Source: the human T2T-CHM13v2.0 reference genome, Homo sapiens
Strand: one strand, 5' to 3'
Assembly (NCBI RefSeq): GCF_009914755.1
Contig: NC_060936.1
DNA: 64,000 nt
In this document: piece by piece, positions 14,066-27,909 of the stretch
How positions within the stretch are numbered: position 1 is the first letter of the stretch
How the letters are laid out: the number at the start of each line of letters is the position of its first letter
Program-made: the position numbers and the translations under genes
Notes under the pieces: generated by a model
Databases searched by the model: none
What the model was told of the DNA's origin: nothing
The model's input: only the letters and a program-made list of their open reading frames with translations

Positions 14066-14108
14066 TTTTTTTGAGTTGGAGTTCTCACTCTGTCACCAAG
14101 CTGGAGTA
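14066..14108 (-). mobile_element. Extremely 5'-truncated Alu (about 35 bp plus tail)
   Basis: ttgagttggagttctcactctgtcaccaagctggagt, flanked by the repeat atacagtaattt. Confidence 0.75.
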
Positions 14109-14469
14109 GATACAGTAATTTTCAAGACCTCAATTTTCACCAATAAGAGTTGGCAAGGAAAATTAAGAGCATATGTCTTTCTAAACTTTTGTCAAAGTTT
14201 GTGTTAAAATCAAATTATATGAATCCCTACAGAGACTTAGGAAGCCTTAATACCACTTTAGCAGGTCAATCATTAGAATGGTTCTCAAACGATTTTTGTT
14301 TTTTTTTCCTCTTCACTGAGGCTAAAGATCACAAGGATTTCCAGTCCCACCCTTTCCCAGTATTTAGAGAGCTTAAGGGTCTCTGTTAGGCCACACAGTA
14401 AGTGACAGAGCCAGTATTTAACCTAGAGAGTCTGATTTAAGAGATTATATGTTGAGCTTCCTGGAATGT

Positions 14470-16030
<1,561 letters not shown>

Positions 16031-18945
16031 ATAGCTGCTATTATGATGATACCCAAATAAGAGACAAACACATAGACACTACTGTCTTGCAATCATAGTC
16101 ATTCTTCAAAAAAATTCATAAGTCCTCTTTATAATAATTAGGATGTTAAAAATAGCTTCCTTTTGATTTTATTATGTCAGGTTAAAGTAACTAACTCTGT
16201 TGATACTTTTTCTCTACCTCTTTTATGGCCATTATCATTTCTACCTGGCATTATTATTATTATTGTTGTTACATGGACCATATATTTAGGAAAATAAATG
16301 AAAGACAGCTGTGCATTAATTACAAACTAAAGTTTTATTTGAGGATACCTCACATTTTTTTTACTTTTGTAGTTGTCTTTAGTTTTCTATTCAACTATCT
16401 CTTCAAAGTTTTTAATTTTCTCTTTACCTTTTTACAGGATTTTTAAAATTGGAGAATGTGATCAATTGATGGGTTGTGACATCAGCTTAGGAGGTCATAG
16501 CCATCATTGTTTAATAATGTAATAAAATAAGTTAGAATAGAAACACTAGCATTAACACTGCCTATGAAAAGGGTAACTGTTGTATTTTATGAATATGTGT
16601 GTATTTGCATATTTATGTGTGTGTGAACTGATTTATAATGTAAACAGTCATAGTCAAGAAGCTTAAAACTAACGGTAGTTTCTCAGCTATATTTGTTGAA
16701 GAATGGATGAATCCCCTGAAACCAGTCTATGGAGAATATTGTCCTGGAATTCTTATTAGAAAACATGGGGAAGGATCCTATTTTTGTCATTTGTAAACTA
16801 TGAATAATTTTACGCAAATCCCTTAAGCTCTCTGAATCTCAGCATTCACATCAGTACAGCGGAGTCAATAACCTGACTTACAGGGTGATTGTGAAAACTA
16901 AACAGATAATGGGTGTCCAAGCGTTTTGTAAACTAAACTGCCAAACAAATATCATTTTATCAGTGTATTATAACCTGATTTTGGTCATCTCTGCCTTAGG
17001 GTATAAAGTCTGGAAGAAATACATAATGATTATAACTTTTATTTCATGAAGTCTGAATCTGAATTTTATCAGACTGTTCAGAAGTAAATAGTCCTTAAAC
17101 AGAAAAAGGTAAAGCTGACGTGCAGTATACCAAGTCTAGTGTTTGAGGCAAATGCTATCTATAGCCTCTTTCTGTCAAAATGCAAGGAGCAAGAGTGTTA
17201 ATATTGTAGAATATTACCTAGCAAAAACTTAGCACCCGAAAATGAAAAGCGTTATTCCTTCTGCCTCTTCCTTTGTTTCTCTTCTTACTATCAATTTCAC
17301 TGAAGCACATGCTTGTGCCATTAAACCATTATCCCACTTCCATGTGCAAAGTACTTTCCCAGAGTTTCTCAGTTGTGTTTGAAAGGAGGCAGAGACACCA
17401 ATGCTATCACAACATTCCCACAAGATGAGTATCACTTCCATTTTATAAATGAAGAAACAGGCTCAGAGGTTAAGTCATTTGCACAAGGTCACCTAGCTAC
17501 TAACATATACCCAAATCTTTCTGGCTCCAAAGTTTATTCACTTTCCACCATGCCGTGTGGTCTCCCAGATTTATTCAATGACTCATTCTTTCATCCATTT
17601 ATCTGAGACAGACACTCTACTTCAAGGTCATTGTGATGCCACAAATAGGGTAAACTAATTTTAGATAATTGAAGCCCAGAGTAAAAGAAAACAGGCAAAA
17701 TAGAAAGCTAATAAAATAAATAATAATAATGATAATAGTATCTTAAAAGTTTTGAGTACTTAACATTTGTCAGATACTATTCTAAGAGATTTTACATGCA
17801 TTCATTCATTTTCTCCCCACTAGAATCGTACAGGTTTTTAAAAAGTGAAGTTTACATGTAAAACCAGGCTGACTACAAACAATTGCCTATATTTCTCTAG
17901 AAACATGTTAAGAATTTTGATTATGTGAAACATTTTAACAAATAAATCCCTGTTCTTTGTGAATCCAATGATATAGAACAGAGCATGTATTTGTGTGTCT
18001 ACAGATTTTTGGCATAGGTTATTTTGCTGAAAGAAGCAAGATTTAAGGGCAAATAACTAACATTCTGTTAACATATTTTGAGTCTTCCAATGGGCATGAA
18101 GACACCTGTTTCTATGGCAACCAGTACAGGTCATGTGAGGGGTGATGGAATAATTAGAGAGGAAAGCTGTTAGTTTAGAATGACAATTTTTCCTTTTGCA
18201 AATTTACTTCCTTAAATAGTATAATTCTATTAATTTGATCTCTTGTCTCTCTAAAAGCAACAGATTCCTGGAAACTCTTTAAACTTGAGTTACATGCTAA
18301 CAGGACTGATTTTAGCATAAATTGAAGGACTGGAGAAGCTATGCTCTTAAATATACTGTCTCTTCTTTGGGAGAATTACAGTATGCTGCTGGGTAATTTT
18401 AAAGGTCTTCAAGTGGTCTTTCCAGTATCACGTCTGTCAGATTGAGAGGGAACAGGAGAGAAAACATAATTCACTTGGCTTATAGGGACTTCTGGGGACA
18501 CAGAATAGCTTGTGGCTCCTGCTCATGAAACAAAACGAAGCTGAAAGAATGAGAAATAGTGTCCAGAGAAGATTACAGTTTCGTGAGGAGTTAGATATCA
18601 GTGTTCCAGAACACCATCTGTGAATTCCCTAGGCTGGGGTTAGTGGAGCAGTGAAGTGGGAAATGGTAGCTATCTAGAAAGTTGGGTCTGGGGAGAGTCC
18701 ACTGATCTTACTTCCTCCCTGTTAAGGATCCCAGATAAGAAAGACACACTACCTCCTTCCTCTTATTGTTCATGTATGGCTCAGTCCAATACTGCTCCAG
18801 AATGTTGGGGTAAGTACTACTTATCAGTTAAAATAAATCACTTTAAGGACCTTTCTGATGTTCCTTCGCTTACTGATTGAGAGAAAAACAAAGAAACAAA
18901 GAAACAAACAAACAACACTGTAGCGAATAACTGAAAACATTCTGA

Positions 18946-19249
<304 letters not shown>

Positions 19250-19310
19250 GGCAATCAAACATTTTTTAAATCATAAGAGATAGATATTGTGTCCTGTCCA
19301 AGACTGTATT

Positions 19311-19939
19311 CAGTAGTGTCCCTTTATCCTTAGTGGATACATTCCAAGACATTCAGTGGATTCCTGAAACTACAGGTAGTAGTGAACCCTATGTTATTTT
19401 CATATGTGTATGTATGTATATACATATATATATATATCATCAATGATAAAGTTTGAAGTGTGGCAGCAAAACTAGCATGAATTTCTTTTTCCTTCTTCAC
19501 AATTCCACAGGTAGAAGATTCATTTTTACAGTAGATCTTAGCAACCTCAGCATACAATTTTTTCTTTCTTTCTATTAAGTTGAGAACTTTAAACTTTTCA
19601 TTCAAAGGAGGCGCTTTCTCTTGGGCATATCTGAATCTCCAAGATCACTATTCTTTCACTTTGGGGCCATTATGAAATAAAATGAGGGTCACTTGAAAAC
19701 AAACACTGCAGTACCGAGACAGCAGATCTGATAACCGAGAGGGCTACTAAGTGACTCACAGTGTAGACTGTGGATGATTCACATCCCAAGAGGGAAGGCA
19801 CAAGATTTCATCACACCACTCAGAATGGCATACCATTTAAAACTTAGGAATTCTTTATCTCTGGAATTGTCCATTTAATATATTCTGCGGGTAACTGAAA
19901 CCAGAGAAAGCAAAACCATAGGTAAGGGGGCATTACTGC
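19311..19939 (-). mobile_element. MER44/Tigger7 DNA transposon derivative
   Basis: TIRs cagtagtgtccctttatcc ... ggtaagggggcattactg; the ORF at 19330-19605 resembles the Tigger transposase N-terminal HTH (EKFKVLNLIERKKKLYAEVAKIYCKNESS). Confidence 0.88.
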
Positions 19940-20235
19940 AATTTTTTGCCCTCAACTAAATGACTGTGATGCTAACTAGCCAATGGCAGATGAGGCTTAG
20001 GTAGGTCAGGTAGAACCAGAGGATGGACCAGCCTTCTCTGCAACCCTTAGTCAGAGTCTGGGATCAAAGGAAGAAAGGCATCCCTGCAATGTGAGCTTAT
20101 TCCTCTCCTTCTTTTACCTTCCCAGATAGTTTCGTAGCTGTGGAGGGTGAGAAAATGCTCCAATTCCAGCTCTTGGCTGATTATATGATGCCTCTGACCT
20201 ATCTCTTCCCTCTTCACTTCAATTTATAAAGAAAA

Positions 20236-20465
20236 TATTAAGTTGAGAACTTTAAACTTTTCATTCAAAGGAGGCACTTTCTCTTGGGCATATCTGAATC
20301 ACCAAGATCACTATTCTTGCACTTTGGGGCCATTATGAAATAAAATGAGGGTCACTTGAAAACAAACACTGCAATACCGAGACAGCAGATCTGATCACTG
20401 AGAGGGCTACTAAGTGACTCACAGTGTAGACTGTGGATCCCCCAAACAACGGGATGATTCACATC
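20236..20465 (-). repeat. Local duplicate of the internal MER44 segment 19573-19785
   Basis: About 6 substitutions plus a 17-bp indel relative to 19573-19785. Confidence 0.95.
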
Positions 20466-20860
20466 ATGACCAGTGGTATTTTTATTCTGCCGTTTACAAG
20501 CTTTTCTGCATGGCCACACAAGCTTCTAATTGATAAATTTCTGGGAAAAATTTAGTTACGGTAACTCACATTGCAAGTGACCATGTTGATCATTTACATT
20601 GTGACAACAGCTTACTTTTGACTAGGGGTTGAAGCTTCTAGAATATCTTCCCTTCTTCAAATATTGGAACTGTTTTTAATTAATTGTGTTAGATGGTCAT
20701 GTAGTCTAAGGCTCAGATTGCTTAGAGGTATATTCACCATCATTCATTCACTCATTCAACAAAATAGGCTGGGCACTTCTATGTGCCAGAGGACTGAAGT
20801 TAGTAATAGCTAACACTAATTTACCATTATTATATGCTATAGAATATATAAATAATTTTA

Positions 20861-21161
20861 TTTATTTATTTTTCTTTTAAGATGGAGTCTCACTCTATCG
20901 CCCAGGCTGGAGTGCAGTGGCATGATTTCAGCTTACTGAAACCTCCGCCTCCTGGATTCAAGCGATTCTCCTACCTCAGCCTCCTCAGTAGCTGGGACTG
21001 CATGTATGTGCCGTGATACCTGGCTACTTTTTGTATCTTTTTGTAGAGACGAGGTTTCACCATGTTGGCCAGGCTGGTCTCAAACTCCTGGCCTCAATTG
21101 ATCCACCCACCTCGGCCTCCCAAAATGCTGGGATTACGGGTGTGAGCCACCGCACTTGGCC
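20861..21161 (-). mobile_element. AluS
   Basis: Alu consensus; TSD aataatttta-like. Confidence 0.93.
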
Positions 21162-22709
21162 AATAATTTTACATTTTATTTCATTTTCACAAAAGTCTTC
21201 TGAGGTTCTGTTACGATAATTATTAGGTAGATGAAAAAAGAGTTTAAGCAACTTGACCAAGAACACATAGCTATTAAGTGGTACAGTGGGATATAAATTC
21301 AAACAGAGTGGGTCTGGGCTCAAACTGCCTGCCTGCCTAGTTCTCAAATACTAGTTCCTCAAATACTAGTCGAGTTCCTGCCCCCAGGGAGCTTATAGAG
21401 CGACACAAGATTATTGATTCCCTTAAGTGTGATTGGTGATTCCAAATATTTCATTAAGACCAACCGAACTGTCAGAATTTAGTGATCTATGTGGCTACCC
21501 CAGCTAAACCTTAACTCAAAACTAAGTTAAAGTTGCATTTGGGTAGTTTCGCCATAGGAAAGCAAAGATCATTAATTTGGGTGGGGGTGTCCTGAAATAT
21601 TTTTCTTTGAGGTTTATAGAGTGGCAGAATGTGAGTAATGGTTTATATTATATACTCCTTTCCCTCAGTTTCCCACTCAATGCTTAATATAAATCTTCTG
21701 TAATTTTTCATTGAATATATTTTACTGTGCTTACTATCCTAGTGAAGAATTATATGTTCCAAATTCATGATGAGAATGAAGTAATCATATCCTAGTCAGG
21801 TGTAGTTCCAAAGAATCCTGGAACCTGGCTATGAATGTTTTCATTTATTATCAAAATCTCACTGTTTTCTTCATATTCTACTATAGTTTTTCATCCTCTA
21901 CAAACACTAATCTCCTGTGTCTGTGGGGCAGATACTCATTTCACTCGTTTTGCTGCCATGTTTCCAAGGTGACATGTGAGGAGATGAAAGTATTGATAGG
22001 TCTCCTCTCCCTGGTCTGTATTTATGGCTAGGACAGAGTGAGCAGATTCTAGACCTCAGTGTGGATGCCAGTTTGAACACTTTTGCAACACTACTGCCCT
22101 GAAATGTTGAGAAATGCTGAGAGCCTGAATTATAAATCATAGCAATAATGATAAAGCGAAGACAAATTTGGGGATATATTGAAGGTAGACCCTGCAACTG
22201 GGTTCCAGCTGACTGTGAGTGTGAATAAATTTACATATGAACAGTCTTTTTTTTTTTTTTTCTGAATCAAAAAGGGCACAGGATTTGCTACACAACTACC
22301 CCTCCATGAAATGGCTAGGTGGCAACATAAAATTCAATCAGCCATGTTTTTCTTAAAAAAAGTTTAACTTTTTTTTGTATTTTGATATCTCTAAATTTTC
22401 CTGCTTCAGTTCATTTTTCACAGTGTCATCAGAGCCCTTTCTAAGATGTTGACCAAATTGATTTCTACTCCTTAAAAACTTCTAATTACTTCTTATTACC
22501 TACAGCATAAAATTAAAAGGTCCTTAGCATGAAATACAAGACCTTTTATAATGAAGCCCCATCAGAATTCTCCTACCTGGATAAATCCCCTCCTCCCTTC
22601 CTACTCCTATTCTTTTCCCATATCCTACACATCCTACACACCAGCCATCCAGAATTTCAGAGTCCCTGAAGACACCAGGCTGTTTGAAATCCTTGTGATT
22701 AACATATGC

Positions 22710-23106
22710 TGTGTCTTAGTCTGTTTTCTGTTGCAATAACAGAGTATCACAGACTGCGTAATCTGTAAAGAAAATAAATTTATTTCTCACAATTCTGGAG
22801 GATGGGAAGTCCAAGAGCATGGCTCCAGCATCTGGTGAGGGCCTTTATGCTATACCATAGCATGGTGGAAGAGAAGTTGGTACACAAGACAGAGAGAGGC
22901 TCCAGTGATCAGATTCTCTTTACAATGACACACTCTCACAATAACTAACCTGCTCACATGACAACAACATTAATCCATTTATCCAATCATCTCTTATTAG
23001 GAAAGGTCCAATCAACTCTTATTAGAGCCCATTTCATACCACTGTTGCATTGGAGATTAAGCTTCCAACACAGGAACTTATTGGAAGACACATTCAAACC
23101 ACAGCA
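22710..23106 (-). mobile_element. MST (MaLR) solo LTR inserted into an L2 remnant
   Basis: tgtgtcttagtctgttttctgttgcaataacagagtatcacagactg...cacattcaaaccacagca. Confidence 0.85.
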
Positions 23107-23791
23107 AGGTATTCTTTGCTTAAAATGACTTTTCTTTCATTGAAAACCCCCATTCTCACGACAAGTTCCATATGGCTATTATGAAGCCTTCCTCACTTTT
23201 CCTGGAGAGAATGAGTAGCTCCCTGCACTGAGCAGCCACAGCTGTTTGCTTAAATATTTGGTATATCACTTAGTACTTTTGAGTGTATACATTTGTTCAT
23301 ATTTCCATTTCTCGTTAGACTAAAAATCCTCCTAGGTTATAATTTTGCTTTATTCATTCTGTATTTCCAGGGCCCCCATCACAATAGAAGATGATTAATG
23401 AACAGAAAATTAATGAATAAATATCTTGCCTCTTGCTTTACTTTTAGAACTCCTTATCCATGTAATGACAATGAGAAAAGCAATGAGTTTGAGGGAGAAG
23501 GTAAAAGTGCTATCTTTATGCTCCACCTTCCAGTCAAGCTTTACTCTGTCTGTCTGCAATTTTTTACATAATAATTTCACTGCAGAACTTATTGTCCTGG
23601 AGGTAATGGAGTAGGAAGAAAAGAGAAGTCAATAAATAAAGTGGATTTTCTCTAATCTATCAGTTCCATCATTACCGAAGGCTAGTTTTCATGTTTTTGA
23701 TCTTTCCCCAAAAACCCACTGAGAAAAAATAACTTTTATAAAAGAGCAGTGGTCTGTGATCCTGAGTGGCCTCAATTTAGATAAAGAATAC

Positions 23792-24500
23792 CTTTTAGCA
23801 GCTGACAGTTATATGTGCTCAGGTTCCCAGTTGACCTCAACTGCAACCAGTCTCCTCTTGGGTGGTAGCTCATATTTATAACTTTAAACAGCTCATAGGG
23901 AGGGATCAAGACTTCCTTCTTGAGGGAGAAGTACTGTACAGGTGCACCCAGGCAGGTGAATATGGTAAATAGTGTCTGGTTCCCAAACTCCTGTGCCTCT
24001 TCTTTCAGGAGGGATGTGGAGAGGAATTGGCCAAATCGAATGGTGGCCCCTGTGTAGGCATTAAAGTGGACATCCTTCGTCCTATAATGCACCTCATAGC
24101 ACAGAGTGCCATTCTCCATGATGCTGTCTTTCCTCAGCAGCTGGATTGCTGAGGTGAGGTAGTAGTGTAAATATTTGAAGTGGAATGAACGTTCATACTG
24201 CTGTGGAGTCCTGGCAACAGAGGCCATGGCTCTAGTAAAGTCAGAATGAACATTGCTGTTCAATGTATAAAACAAAATAGCCACAGCGTGTGTGGTAGTC
24301 ATGTTCTGGGGTAGAACTTTTCCTTGGTTAAGCCAGGCTAAGTGGGCTTTTTGCCACATCCTAAAATAATTCTTCTGGGCTTCTATGTCTTTTGTGAAAT
24401 AATCCCCTTGAGTTAGTTTCTCCATAACCTGTTTGCTACAGCCTTGGTACTGATCATCAAAAGAACCTGGTGCGAAGTCGAAGTCGATTTTAATTGCAAC
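23792..24500 (-). CDS. ART4: ART4 exon 2 (ecto-ADP-ribosyltransferase domain; Dombrock antigens)
   Basis: VAIKIDFDFAPGSFDDQYQGCSKQVMEKLTQGDYF...HPRGDWLQLRSTGNLSTYNCQLLK; acceptor tttttttacag at 24501; donor AAG|gtattc; ARTC motifs SFDDQY, FGQFLSTSL, EVLIPPYELFKV. Confidence 0.98.
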
Positions 24501-26316
24501 CTGTAAAAAAAGAAAAATCTTGAGTTTAATTTTTCAAATCAGATGGTGAATGTGGTTGCAGATTTGCTGTACTCTATAAGGGTAAGTCTTCTCCTGGAAA
24601 CCAATATTTACTGAAGTAAGTTACACTGAAAATCATTACACTGTTCCAATCCTTACTGCATCAATGACCTGTGCTAGAGATTGAATTTGGTTTGATAAAT
24701 AAATTACTGAAAGCTTGAAAAACTCATCTCCCCAGAGAGGAAGTAACTCTTTTAATATCACTAAAATCACAGCATGTTTGCATAGTAAGTACTTTGAAGA
24801 AAAAATTCAAAATCTTGTAGTTTAATTACACTTTCTGTTTCCTCTACTTTCCCCCCTCTTTCTAGTCTCTCACTGGTGTTTTCAAAAATATCACTTTTAT
24901 GAATGCCCAAAACCAAATTAAATCCTTGAACTTTATCCTTAAGCTATGAATAGTACTAAGGGGGCTCTCATAAGTAACAACCTTCTTGTCTACCTGGGTT
25001 CTGAAAACATTGATAATAAAAATAGCAAAATATGAAAGCCAAAATATCTGTTTTCTTACTGAAAAAGGGCACGCTACAGCAGTCACATTGTTAGGTCTGA
25101 TAGCAAGTGGCTTGTTAAGAGCAAATTCCAGAATGGGACCGACTCGTTTGCAGGCAGTACTGAACTGGGGCCTGCCCAGGTAAGATTCTTGTCATGGGGA
25201 AACAGAGAACTGATGCCCTTTGCCATCAGGCTAACTCCCAGGAGGATGAAGAGCAGAGCCAAACTCAGCACACCCAGTTGTTTTTTCCCATGTTACCAGT
25301 CAAGTACATTTGTCCCCCTCAGGGACAGCAGAGTGAGTCAAGGGTTGGACAGTGGTCAGGAATGTGCCTAGGAAAGTCCCTCCCCTCCTGGAAAAGGACA
25401 TTCCTTTCTAATGGGTAGCCAACAGAATGTTGTTTATTCACGTCTAGTGCATGCTAAACTGAAATGACAGATTTGAATAGAAGTCCACAAAATATCATCA
25501 GACTATCATTTAGAGCCATATATAAATTATATAAATTCTAAAACATTCCTTTCTTGGCAAAGAAATGATGTTTTCGTAATAAACAGTACTCATTGAGGGA
25601 CATGTTAAAGGATCACATTCCATCCAGTCAATGTTAAGGATGTTGGAACTGGAACTTAAAGAACATCCCATTTGGTATTTTTACTATGTTATTTATGATG
25701 AGACGTCAGCTAGTTGTTTGTGAACTAGAACACATTTTTAAGACTGATTAAATGATTTTAACCAATAACTCTTCACATCAGGTATTAAAATAGGTCTACG
25801 GTATCTATTTAAGCCAAGCCGAGCCAAACCAAACCAATAATACAATGTTCTGTCAACTGTCATGATGAACTCTGAAACTTTGTTAATATGTTACTAGATC
25901 TCAAATATGTACTCTGTCATCTCTTAACATTAGGTTGTTTTTTGTTACACAGATCTTTATTAAAATATTCACTTAAAACTTAAGTCAATCTGTATGCTAG
26001 AGTTTAAAGCCAAATAGACTTGGTTTATTTTGCATTGTTTGTACTATGGAAGCAATATTTTACTTAATTTTTACAGTGGATCAGGAAAATAACTTTATGC
26101 CACTAGCATCCATAATGTCAAGTGTACTAACAGTGAAGGATTCTACAATTTTTCATAACTGTTTTCAACACTCTTTACTAACATGATTTGTTAAAATGTC
26201 TGAATGAAACTAGATTCTGAATGCCTAAGTTTTCGGCCATTTAAAGGCTGTGGCCGGGTGAATGCTCTGTTGGAGCACTGATCATAAAGAGATCACCCCC
26301 TCAATTGTCCCCCTAC

Positions 26317-26460
26317 CTCAGAACCCTCTGTGGGTCTCTGCAGGCCAGAGAGGAGCAGCAGGAATGGCAGCAGGCCTCCAAGGAGCCAGATTCTCATCGT
26401 TGCAGGAGGTACAGTAGTTGGGAGAAGAATCTTCTTGCATCTGTTGATCAATGGACCCAT
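26317..26460 (-). CDS. ART4: ART4 exon 1 coding part (signal peptide MGPLINRCKKILLPTTVPPATMRIWLLGGLLPFLLLLSGLQRPTEGSE)
   Basis: ATG at 26460; second in-frame ATG (Met22) at 26397; donor GAG|gtaggg; 144 nt, phase 0 into exon 2. Confidence 0.96.
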
Positions 26461-26859
26461 TTGCTTGTGTCACAAGTACTTCTCCTTTGCCCTTGCAGCT
26501 TCATCCTGAGATGAATTCTCAGAGTTCTCCTTTGAGGTTTTCTTTCAGTCTCATCCGTAACCGTTTTTTCCCCTGTCTATGCTGAGCAACTTCTGTTGCC
26601 CACCAACAACCAATAGCTTGTCTGAGGGAAGAAATCAACTCCGACTTCTTTGCAAAACTGAAATCTCTGTGAAATAGCCAGATGCGCACACCAAATAAGG
26701 GTTTCTAAAGAGAACCCAAGTTACTTTTCAATTAAAAAAATAAAATCTCTGATCTAGTCTGTATTCAGGGGAATGCCGAAGTCCTGTTAAGTGTCAGACT
26801 CAGCAGTTCAGCCTTCCCTTTCCCAGCCAAACAGGAAAAAGCATGCTCTGTCCAGCGTT

Positions 26860-27000
26860 TGGGGCCAAGTAGCATTATCTGGAGCCCCAGGCTTCCATCA
26901 AAACTGATAAGATTGGCATGCGCAGGGCGGCTGGGAACGCGCCACCCTGGGTGTCTATAGGCTCATCTGGCCCTGCTGATAGGCCCTGCCCAGGACGGGC
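26860..27000 (-). promoter_or_regulatory. ART4 proximal promoter with erythroid motifs
   Basis: GATA at 26875-26880, 26905-26910 and 26977-26982; CCAAT (attgg) 26912-26916; GC box 26925-26930; CACCC 26943-26953; local CpG enrichment. Confidence 0.7.
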
Positions 27001-27909
27001 GTTCACAGAGCAAAGTGTGTTTTAGAGTTATTGTCAAAAAGAAGGCTCTTTGTACTGCTTTTCCCTGGCACCTTTGAAACTCTCCAATCCAGAGATTGTA
27101 CCTCTGGGTTCAAAGCTCTTCCCCCATTTTCTCTTCTGAAGACAGGCCCTCTGTCCGCACAGTTCCAGTCTCCAGTGAATCCTAATGACGACTGTCAGGA
27201 GACTGCTTATGTAGAGCTGACATAAGTTAAAATAGGGTCCACTGTGCAAACTTAATCCAGCACAGTTCTATTAAGCACTCTCTTTTAGGTAGGTACTACC
27301 CTTTCTAGTCTAAACATCCTTCTTCTCCTCCCAACCCTTGATATAATTATATTTTCTTGCAAATATTTTGTATTTATACTTCTGGATTCATTATTTAAGA
27401 AACTAAAAGTTAGCAATCCTTGATAATTGTTTTTCTTGCAAATATTTACTTCTGGATTCAATTTTTAACTTTTAAGGTAAACTAAGTGCTGTTCTTAAGT
27501 ATTCTAGAATTTTTTGGCACCCTGAATTTTTTTAATCTAAATTTTCTGATGATCACAGCAGTTCTGTCTCATTAACAAATATTCAGAATATTTAGAAAGC
27601 ACAAAGGAGAAAAAAATGACACATAACCCGTCACTTGGAGACAGCCACTAATTAGGTCTGGATTTTGATTTATACACCCTTAGACATACACACACACAGG
27701 TTTCTAGAACTGAAATAATATAGTATGCAGTTTTGCATACTGTTTATTCCCCTTAATATTTTAATGTAAGCATGTCCCTATATAATTTAATACCTATTGA
27801 AACATTTTTTAAACAAAGGTTCACTATATTCCATTACATAGGTGCTGCCACACAATGGGACAGCATGGGTGGATCCATGGACAGTCTCAGAAGAAGATTG
27901 ATAAGTGAC

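Noticed and set aside
19330-19605. 91-aa ORF with an HTH-like start
   Set aside because: Remnant of the Tigger7 transposase inside MER44; runs into a TA repeat; not a gene
21337-21370. Short duplication ctagtt(c)ctcaaata x2 (similar ones at 9831, 61178-61218, 62461)
   Set aside because: Ordinary slippage micro-duplications
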